Source: Vicugna vicugna
Lineage: Eukaryota
Direction of reading: 5' to 3'
DNA length: 64,000 bases
NCBI GenBank assembly: GCA_013265495.1
Contig: MU058423.1
Coordinates: 7,884,721 to 7,948,720, forward strand
Under the pieces are notes generated by a model that made no database searches, had not been told where the DNA came from, and saw only the letters and a program-made list of their open reading frames with translations. Every line of letters starts with the position of its first letter. The stretch's first letter is position 1. A program made the translations under genes and the position numbers. Below, piece after piece: positions 1-11,751 of this stretch.

Positions 1-799
1 TTGTGAGTCACTGGGCTAAGGAGGGATACCTGATGAGTGACAGACATGGAGGAACAATGGAGAAAGCAATACATATAGAAGAATCAAAGCATAAAAAATT
101 AAAGTTCGTAAGTATTCAAAGGATCTTCCCTGGTCAGAGACTAGATATGAGGTATCTTTGTTTGGAACTAGAGCTAACATAGCTTCACGTGCATATTTTA
201 AAAATGGTTTATATCTAACTTAAAATCCCATTCAATGAAATATCACAGAGTTAAAGTTTGCAAAACTATATTGATTTACTAGATAGTAGAGATAAGTTTT
301 CTTCACACAGACAACTTACCATTAAGACACATGTGCAGGACCAAATCAGTGAGACTTAATAAGAAATGTTACTGCATTAAACTTGTCATTTCTAGACTCT
401 CACATTCATTTTTTATAGAAAATCAAACATGGGAGATCAGCTGAATTTGCTTGTTTCTTTCTATGTGTGACAATTTATGGGCATATTTTGTAGAAGAGCA
501 GAGGTAAATGTGGCTTAAAATGAGATACATTTCACATTACCTAGAAAGTGCTATTATACATTTCAGTACTCAGGGCTGGATTTCTATAATTTTTATTTAA
601 TATCAACAGATATTCAATGCATTCAATGTTACATCATTTTCTTCTCAATATAAATTTGGTCTGAAATAATTTCTTCACTTAACTTTCCTTGCCAGTTAAT
701 TCAAAAGAAGAAAAAGAAGAAAAGAAATAGAAAGGATAAGCATAAGCAATTGTACTTTGAGAAGCTACAACTGACGAACCTATTTTGTCTCCCTGTTTG

Positions 800-872
800 C
801 CTTATAACCACAGTACCTAGCATAGTCCTGGGTACATAACGAGTTCTCAGTAAATGGTTATTAAATGAATAC
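800..872 (+). mobile_element. L2 LINE 3' end fragment
   Basis: cacagtacctagcatagtcctgggtacataa...ctcagtaaatggttattaaatgaat resembles the canonical L2 3' terminus. Confidence 0.6.
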
Positions 873-2279
873 ATTAATTATTTTACATTTAAATCATAAC
901 TATTTTACCCTCTGCAATGTTTCAGAGAAAAAGCCTACTGCTGCAAAAAAGAAAGCAAAGTCATTTTTAATTTAGGTGTCAGAAGCTTTTAACACCTGGT
1001 ATAATTTCTGTCTTAATTCTTGGTCTAAACAGTTCATAAGGCTTAGCAGCATCTCTTTCCCAGATGCAGCACTGGATTAGAGCCAACCACCACAGAAGCC
1101 AACATGCACTGTCACTTTTTGGAAATGCTGATTCATGAGACTCACGGCATGATTCTTAGTCCCAAAGACAGTTCTTACGCAGGTTTTACTAATCCGTATC
1201 ACTCAGTTCATATTAAAGTCATATCTAAAGAAACTGAATCCGAAGGACCATTAAACCCAGAAAACAATCAGCAACTAAACTATGTATACAACTGAGAGAA
1301 ATATGAGCTTTGTGTCTTCTTGCTTTGTCCACACTATGCTTCAGTCTTCAGGCAACAGAGACTACCTATAGCAAAGAGACCAATTTTGCTGATAAGGTAG
1401 GTTAAAAACCTCAGTTTGAAATTTAATTTTACAGTTTGACCATCTAAAATGTTAAATCAAACTTTGTAACTACAAATCTCTATTCACTTTCAGTATCAAA
1501 ACCACCTGAGGTCACCAAATTTCTTACTGATTGTGTTTTATACTGACTGTGTTTCCATTTGGCTATTTCCTCTGGGTGTAAAGATTTTGTGAGGATGAAC
1601 ATTCTACTATGTTTATATTTTGTATTTGGGATATTATATTGATTTATATTCAGAACAAATTTGAACTGACTTCTGAGAGTCTATGTACCTTTTTTTTCAG
1701 ATGATTATGAAAGATCACTTTTAAAAAGGTATTTTTTGAGAAATTTTAATTTTGCCTCCTAGTCTTTAAGAGCATATTTTTCCAAGATCATAATCACTTA
1801 TTATTTTGAAATATAATATACAATATTTCTACTTGAATCACATGACTAGCATCTTTTAGTAGAGCTCCTACACATGTACTAACCAATGTAATTACATATT
1901 GGCTTTTCTTAATATCTATATGAAGTAACTGAAAAAAAAGTCACAATTCAGAATTAGGATAGATCCTAATTCTTTTAAGGTTAAGAGTTAAAGAGAGATT
2001 GACAAGCCAATTGTAAGATAAAGCTGATAGTTTAAAGAATACAATTTCAATCTAGTCCTTACAGGACTAAAGCCAAATAAAAAAGCAGAATAGCTTTTCA
2101 CAGCTTCCAATTCTGGAGACTATTTACATCCTCCATTTCCACCTACTTCCTAGATCTGCAAGAAAGAACGTCAAATAAAAGCCTGGAAATGATTTTTCAA
2201 TAAGCAGTACAGAAATGTGATTTTTGCTTTTTAAATTTCATGCCTGCTTTTTTCAGCTATTCTAATTTTTAAAATTATA

Positions 2280-4340
2280 ATTAAATACTGTATGTGCATG
2301 GCTAGAAAATTATATGCTGAGAATAAAAATGATTTATAATAAAAAGTAACACTCTTCTCCAGCTCGGCTTTCCAGAGGTAATCACATTTATGCTTAATTT
2401 TAGGGCTAGAGGGGGTTAAATGTAGGGCTTCTGGTGGTTAACACGTTTTTTCCACTTTAGGGGGAGTTATCAATTTTGGACTTATTTACTGATTTTCTGT
2501 TCTGCAAAGAGAGGACTTAGATCACTTAAATAAAGCCACTTTCTTTATTGTCTTCCCATAATATGCTTCTATAACTATTCACAGTACAATTCTTATCAAG
2601 TCTTCAAATTCAAGACTTATATACTTAAATATTATTTTTCATCAACTCTAAGAAAACTCTCCTGACACCATATTTTTAAATTTTTAAGCTCAGAGAAGCT
2701 ATACTTCCATCTTTCATTTCTTCTTCCAATTTTTAATTTTCTCACAGTGTGAACTTTACCTATTCTCCTGTTATCATGGTTGTAAACACTTTGTCTTTTC
2801 TATAATTACAGAACAGATGAAATATCCTTTAAGTATTCTGTTTAACTTGTAGAATCAGTTCATGGGCTGATTCTACAAGTTAAACCTAAGTATTTACAAT
2901 ACTGTCGCAATGCTTATGCTGTTCTTTGGGAGCTAAGTGGTGAACATCAGTGTCTAATTCCAGTGACACATCAGTGCTATTTAAAGTGGAATATTACTAG
3001 AGTTAAGTTCAACTAAATTCTCCTTTCATGTACCTCAATAAATGCCTTCACCACACCCAGTTTTTTGTTTTGTTTTGTTTTGTTTTCCCTAGAAGGTCTC
3101 ATACAGTATTTCTGTAGATAATTTCTCCTATTTCTGACACCTCCCTCCAGGAGACTCCATCCACTCTGGATTAACGGCTCTGAAGGCCTACTGCACAGCT
3201 GTTATTGTGAAATAAGAAATCATTGTTTTCCTGATTTTATGCCTTGTCCTGTCTTGGCTTACTTGCTTATTTTGCTGCAATATAACCTCAAGTAACTTCT
3301 TAAGAAAGAGTGCATTGTAGGTGAACTTTGGAAAGTTTGCATGTCAGAAAATACCGTTACTCCATCTTTCTCTGATTTTTCTTCTTAAATACAAAGGCAC
3401 CAATTACTATCTTCAATCATCCAGTATTGATGAAAAGCCCAAAGCCAGTCTAATTCTTATTTGTTTGCATGTGACCAGGTCACACATTTTCTCTGAAAAG
3501 ATTCAATTTCTTTGCTTTATTCAGTATCTTCTAAATTTTACAGTAATTTTTAGGAGTAAGTCTTTTTTTCATTTATTATGGTGTAGGCTTTTATTCTAAT
3601 ATTTAGGTTTTGCAACTGGAGAAATACCCCATTTAATTTCTTTGAAAATTTTCTCTACTTTTTCTCTCTCCTCTCATTCTAGAAACTTGCTTTTCAGATG
3701 TTGGAGCATCTGGATTGATCCTATATGCATCCATATATTTTCTTACTTTAAATTTTATCTTTTTTCTTTAAATTTTGGGGATAACTCTTCTTATCTTCCA
3801 ACTTATTTTGAAATGAAATCATATTTTCTAATTTCCAGTAGCTCTTTTTTCTTTTCATAGTACACAGTCTACAATATACAAGTCTCTTTAAAGACACTGG
3901 AATTTCTTCTGCTTTCTGAATTATCTGTTTATGGTAGTCTGGTTTTTCTGCACATTTATTTTGGTCATTCTTATTCTAAGCTTTTAGAAAATATACTTTA
4001 ATCCTTGGTTATCCACTGATTTTCAAAGATTTGAATAATAAATCTGCTTGGAAACTGTGTGTGTTTGTGTAGGAAATGACATTTCATTCCATGGTGAGTG
4101 GGCAAGGAGACTACCAATGTCAGAATCCAAAAGCCTTTGTTCTGAAGCTCCAGTCTCTTCATCTGTTGCCCTAAGTCTTGTCAGGTGATTAACACAGTTC
4201 TGTAGATTTTTTAACTACTTTCTGGGGTTCTGTATCAAGGATGAACGTAGGATTAATTGCTCTTAAGCAGTTAAGTGGTGTTCCTGTTTTCAGGGCCCTA
4301 TTCCACGTGTAAAATCCTTTAAACCTATGTTTCTGAATTC
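2280..4340 (-). mobile_element. Old, highly diverged L1 (L1ME/L1M-like) fragments; probably continues at ~7780-8000 beyond a younger L1 insertion
   Basis: T-rich antisense-L1 composition and segments such as agtaacttcttaagaaagagtgcattgtaggtgaactttg resembling old L1M consensus. Boundaries approximate. Confidence 0.45.
2840..2885. repeat. 46-bp near-perfect palindrome
   Basis: GTTTAACTTGTAGAATCAGTT-CATG-GGCTGATTCTACAAGTTAAAC; 19 of 21 arm positions are complementary. Confidence 0.95.
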
Positions 4341-4346
4341 CTTGTC

Positions 4347-6991
4347 TTTTTTTTAATTTTTGTTATACCAGTTCCAGGTGTACGGCATTATAATTCAACA
4401 TCTCTATATACTACAAAGTAATCACCACCATAAGTCTAGTTACCATCTGTCATCATAGAGCTGACCCTGACTCCCTTCACTCATTTCTCCCATCCCTCAA
4501 CCCCTTCCCCTCTGGTAAACACTACCTGATCTCTGTATCTATCAGTTTGTTTTGGTTTTATTTTGTTTGTTCATTTGTTTTGTTTTTTTAGATTCCACAT
4601 GAGTGAAATCATATAGTCTTTCTCTGTCTGAATTTTTTTACTTAGCGTAATACCTTCAGGGTCTATCCATGATGTCACAAATGGCAGGATTTCTTTTTTG
4701 TGGCTACACAGTATTCCACTGTGTATATATACCATATCTGCTTTATCCATTCATCCATAAATGGACAATTTGTTTTTTTTCATATACTGGAATATTGTAC
4801 TGCAATGAACCTAGAAGGGCACATATCTTTTCAAATTAGTGTTTTCATGTTCTTTGGATAAATAGCTAGATGTAAAATAGCTGGGTCATATGAGCATTCT
4901 ATTCTTGTATTTTTGAGGAATCGCCATACTATTTTCCATAGTGGCTGTACCAATTTACTTACACCAACAGTGTAAAAGTGTTCCTTTATCTCCATATTCT
5001 CTCCAACATTAAGTTATTTCTTGTCTTTTCAATCATAATCATTCAAAGAGGTATAAGGTGGTACCTCATTGTGGCTTTCATGTGCATTTCCCTAATACCT
5101 AATGATGCTGAACATTCTGTCATATGCCTAGCAGGCATCTGTATTTCTTCTTTGGAAAATAGTCTATTCAGATCCTTTGCCCATTTTTTAACCAGGTTGT
5201 TTTTTCTTTATATGTTGAGTTGTATAAATTCTTCATGTGTTTTGGATATTAACCTCTTATCAGATAGATAATTTGCAAATATCTTCTTCCATTCAGTAGG
5301 TTGCCTTTTGGTTTTGATGATGGTTTCCATGCTTTGCAGAAGCTTCTTACTGTGATGTAGTCTCACTTATTTTTGCTTTGGTTTGCCTTGCATTTGGAAT
5401 CAGATCCACAAAAACAAACAGTCAGACTGATATCAATGAGGTTACCACCTATGATTATCCCTAGAATTTCATGGTTCCAAGTCTTACATTTAAATCTTCA
5501 AATCATTTAATTTTTGTGTATGGTGTAAGATACTGGTCTAGTTTCATTCTCCTGCATGTAGTTGTCCAGTTTTCCCAATACCATTTATTGAAGAGACTGT
5601 TTTTTCCTCCATTGTCTGTTCTTCACTACTTTGCTGTAAATTGTCCCTATATGTGAGAGTTTACTTCTGAGCTCTCAATTCTGTTCCACTGATCTATATG
5701 TTTTGTGCCAATACCATAATGTTTTGATTACAATAGTTTTATAGTACAGTGTGAAAGTGTGATGCCTCCATTTTTATTCTCTCTCAAGATTGTTTTGGCT
5801 ATTGGGGATCTTTTTGGTTCCATACAAATTTTAGAATTATTTGTTCTAGTTCTATGAAATATTCCATTGGAATTTCAATAGGGACCTGCACTGAATCTGT
5901 AGATTGCTTTGGTAATATAGATATTTTAACAATATCAATTCTTCCAATCTATGAACGTGAAATGTCTTTCCATTTGAGTCTTCTTAAATTTATTTCAACA
6001 GTGTCTTATTGTTTTCAGCGTACAGATCTTTCATTTCTTTGGTTAAGTTTATTTCTAGGTATTTTATTCTTTCAGATGCAAATGTAAAAGTGGTATCTTT
6101 CTTGATTTCTTTTTCTAAAATAGTTCATTATTAGCATAAGAAAATGCCACAAGTTTCTCTTTATTGATTTTGTATTCTGCAACTTTACTGAATTCATTTA
6201 TTAGTTCTAACAGTTTTTTGGGTTTTTTTTTGGTAGCTTCTTTAGGATTCACCCTATATGGTACCATGTCAGCTGAAAACAGTGATAGTTTTACTTCTTT
6301 CTTTCTGATTTGGATGCCTTTTATATCTTTTTCTCCCTAACTGCTGTGGCTAGCAGTTCCAATACTATGCTGAATAAAAGTGGCAAGAGTGGGCATCCTT
6401 GTCTTATTTCTGATCTTAGAGTTTTCAGTTTTTTACATTGAGTGTGGTTATAGCTGCAGGTCTGTCATATATGGCCTTTATTATGTGGAGGAACATTCCC
6501 TCTATAATCACTTGAGAGTTTTTATCATAAATGGATGTTAAATTTTGTCAGATGCTTTTTCTGCATCTAATAAAATGATCATGTATGTTTCATGCTTCAT
6601 TTTGTTAATGTGATGTATCACATTGATTGATCTGTGGATGTAGATCCATCTTTGTGTTCCTGAAATAAGTCCTACTTAATTGTGGCATGTGATCCTTCTA
6701 ATGTATTACTGAATTCAGTTTGCTAATATTTTGTTGAGGATTTCTGCATCAATGTTCACCTAGGATACTGGCCTGTAATTTTCTTTTCTGTGTGCTGTCT
6801 GTCCGGCTTTGGTATCAGGGCAATGCTAGCTTTGTAAAATGCATTTGGAAGTTTCCTCTCTTCTTCAGTTTTTTGGAAGAATTTGACAAGGATAGGTATT
6901 AAATCTCCTGTAGAATTTTCCAGTGAAGCTGTCTGGCCCTAAGTATTTGTTTGTTGAGAGCTTTTTGATTACTGTTTCAATCTCCATAGTA
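4347..6991 (-). mobile_element. L1 (L1MA-like): poly(A), 3' UTR and ORF2 RT/C-terminal region, decayed
   Basis: Poly-T at ~4347 and a typical antisense L1 3' UTR. Reverse translation at 6911-6948 gives KYLGPDSFTGKF (cf. L1 ORF2 KSPGPDGFTGEFY). Confidence 0.93.
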
Positions 6992-7760
6992 ACAGCCATG
7001 GGCCTAGCCTAACCAAAGCTGCTGCAAGATACTGTGGCTGGCAGAGCTATTGCTTGTCCAGCTGTGAGGCCTAGCCAAGGCACAGGGGTGGGCGGGGGGC
7101 CTCAGTGGGACTCACCCACTGGCACTAACAGCTTAGCGGAAGAATTTCAAAATGGTAACCACCAGCGCTGGCATTAGCAAGGCACACTGTGATGGGAAAA
7201 TTGCCCCTATCAGTGTCTCAGTCCCCAATATCCCAACTGCTTTCTACCTCTACAGAAGATGTTTCAAGATTAGGAAATAGATCACCTTCACCTGTGGTCC
7301 ATGTGCTTTTCAATCTGGTGTTTTCCACTGATGTTAGGTCAAGTGAGTTGGCATGCAGGCCCTTTCAAAATGGGTTTTCCCTTACCTGCAGTTCTACGAT
7401 TTTCCTGGATGTATTCCCCACTGGTTCTCAAAATCAGCAGTTTGGGGGGCTTGTCTCAACTGTGCAGGATATGGGGATTGGGGTGCCTGAGACGGAGCTC
7501 TTACCCCTCAATCCTCAGGGACAAGATCCATTCCTTTGTGGTCCCTCTCGGTTGCAGATTATCATGGCTTCAGTGTGGTTTTTCCCTTGGCAGGAGGCCT
7601 CTCTGCCTCTCCTATCCATATCAATGCAATCCTTTTACCCTTTGTTGTGGAGGCTACGTTCATCCAGTTTTCAGGTCCCTTTCTGAGGGAATTATTCCAT
7701 ATGTAGTTGTAGACTTGCTGAATCTCTGGGAGGATGCACCGCCATCTTGAACCTTCTTAG
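6992..7760 (-). mobile_element. L1 5' UTR/promoter region of the same element
   Basis: GC-richer block ending in CCGCCATCTTG (7739-7749), the reverse complement of the YY1 site CAAGATGGCGG that marks L1 5' ends. Confidence 0.75.
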
Positions 7761-9801
7761 GGCCCAAGTCCCTTACTTTTCTTCAAGGCTGAGCAGCTCC
7801 ATCCTCAGCACTTACCTCCTCTGCATACACACCTTTGCATCTTATTTCATCCTACACCTCTAATATTACCACTTTATCATCTTCTGCCTTCTGGAAATTT
7901 GTTAAAATATTCTTCTCCATTGATGACTCTTATTCTGTTCTTTTTGCATTTTTCCCCCATGCTTTACTCCTTTACTATCATTTTAATGAGATCTTGCAAA
8001 ATAAAAAAAAATGAAAGTGCCATCATCATAAGCCAGTTACTTTTCATATTTTACCTGACTAATTTTGTTACTTATGATCTGTTCAACAAAAGAATTTGTT
8101 ATCATGCCTAAGGAAGAAACCACATATTTTATTTCATAGTATTTTTAGGAGGAGGGATGTCTTTCTATGTATTTCAATATACTTGTACTTTAAATTTTCA
8201 TGCACTTACCATCTGTGAATTTAGAAATATTTATGTAGGCCAGCCATCAATAAACATCATATTACTTTCACTTATTTAGTGTATTCAAATATACTCAGAT
8301 TCATTCAGAGTGCATTCACTTTTTTCTAGTTCAGATTGATCTGCTTTACTCATATATTGTGCATGTGTTTATACCAAGTTGAGCTAATATAGGCTAAGTA
8401 GGTTTAATCTGAGATCTTGCTATTTAATACAGATAATGCCACAAAGTTTCTGAATTATATGCTTGGTTTATCAAGTCTTAGGAATGTATAAAGTAATTCC
8501 TTTATATAAAGTTTATAAAGATGCTATCACATCTAGTTTATTTCACAAAAGAAGAAAAGAATGTATTCAGTTTAGGTTTCAAGAAATGCTAGAGATTACT
8601 AAATGTATAGTTATCACTGAAGTAACAGTACAAAATATAATGTTATCATTCATCACTTTTCTAACTGCACAGCTTAGTATTTGACCAGTTATAAATTATT
8701 CTTATGAGGAACATATAGAGAGAGAAATGAGCCAAAGTAAGCCCTAAGCTACAATTAATTTTATCCTTGATTTGCTTTGGGGAATCTGTCTTTCCCTTTC
8801 AAACAGGAACCAACAGGAACTATGAAGAAACATATCAATTCCAAGGATAGGCAGAGGAGGATCTAAACATAAGCCATACAGAACAAAACTTTTAAGTTAA
8901 AAAAACAGAAAGGAAAAAAAAAGAGTATAAATGAATAGGAAATAATATTTCCTTGTTTAGACCAAAGGTCAACATTTATAGACATTCAACTGCCTTTCAC
9001 TATGCGTACAATAAATAACTTAAATTTTGCTGTTAAAAAAATCTCACAAAATGTCTTGGTTTCCCTTTGATTTAGATTTTGGCAATTATGAAGTCCAAGC
9101 TTTTCCTAAGATCTTATTCATAGTTAGAGTGATAAAAACTATAATCTTTCAAGAAGGCATTAATTTTTCATCATGTATTATACCAACTGATACTCCCCAT
9201 CTTTCACTGCACGGGACTGCAGGGTGTGAGGGCTTGAGTTTGGGGGGCTTTTTTTCCCTGCGCCTTTAGGGCTGCTCTATCAGACCTGCTATCTGTACTA
9301 GGCATTAACCCTTCAAAACTCTACCTCTTTTAGGCAGATTGTGATTAATTTTTTATTGTTATAGTCTATAAAGATAACTTTCATAGGAGTTGGCCACTTA
9401 CCAATACAAACTGAAAATCGGCTTATAGAGTTCTTTCTGTCTTGCATAAGTTGTCCAAAGTTCAAAAGCATGAGGAGGAAGGTTCAGGTGAGTGGGAGCT
9501 GATGACCAGGTAAACAGGTCCATGGACAATTTAATTTTTCTAACTTCTTCCCTTAGAAGAAGTAGCTGCTGAATTGGTATAATGACAATAACTTTCCTCA
9601 TTTCTTTCTTTCCAGATTGTACAAATAATTTCCTGTTTTTAAATTCTACACTTCAGATTTAGAGCACTGAAACAGCAAATACTCATGGTTCAACTTATAG
9701 TTAAATGCACAGCATCCAACATGAATGACCATTTATTCAGAATATGTGACATTAATTCTAGTTGCTTTGTTTTAGGATCCCTTTCTTTGCTCTTGGTATA
9801 A

Positions 9802-10002
<201 letters not shown>

Positions 10003-10947
10003 TGATGTTCTATTTATACTTTGCGTCCACTATTCTTTTTTTCCAGGGATATTAGTTTCAACTTAAAAAGTATTACATCATTTACAAACACTTTCAGTTT
10101 AATAATATTAACATATCTACCAATATATGACAAACTTATTTTAGTAAAATGTTCTCCCCTATAATTCATCAGTATAGTGAGTCTAATTTTTATTGGGTTC
10201 GGCATGTTTTATACTTGAAAAGGGCTAATTACAGGTATATAAAATTCTCTGTATATTCCTAAAACTTTCTCCTTAGTGTGAAAAAAAAAAAACACTAAAT
10301 AAGTAAAAAACTCAAGAGCTCATCAATTCACTAAATAAGCTAAAATATCCCAAGAATCTATAGGTAATTTTAAAGAAAATAGCACTGAAACTTTTGAGGG
10401 TTATTTGGCAATGCCTGTATTATGTAAACAATATACTAGAAACTTATCATAGCTCTATTTATGTTCTATTACAGAACTCAGTATACATTAGGATTCTCAA
10501 GGGTTACATCCAAGCAACATTAGTAACTAAATCAGTAAAATCATTTCATTAAAGGTGGTTGTACCTATAAGATGACCCAATGAACAAGTATTACTAGAAG
10601 ATTCTGTGGTATCCATAAAGGAAAAATAAGCTGAATGTGTAAAATTAGACCATATATTTTTCACAGCAAGAGATGGAATAATCAAATTTTTTAAGGCTGA
10701 TGTTTTTTGCAGTTATCACTGATCAAACTGACCTATCAGGTAAATGAACAAAGTGATGTGATTTGCACTGATACGTGTTTGGTTCACTCAGTGATATGCA
10801 CTGCATGGTCAAAAATAAAAAACAACAAAAAATAAAAGACAACAAACAAATCAACTTCAAAGCAGTAAGCTTAGTTGTTTCCTTTCCACATCAACCATGC
10901 CACTATTTCTGCCAAAGCCTGCGGTACTACCATGTTGCAGCAGGTAA

Positions 10948-11751
<804 letters not shown>

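Noticed and set aside
4978..6087. Hydrophobic + strand ORFs of 61-97 aa
   Set aside because: They are antisense frames of L1 ORF2, a typical artefact.
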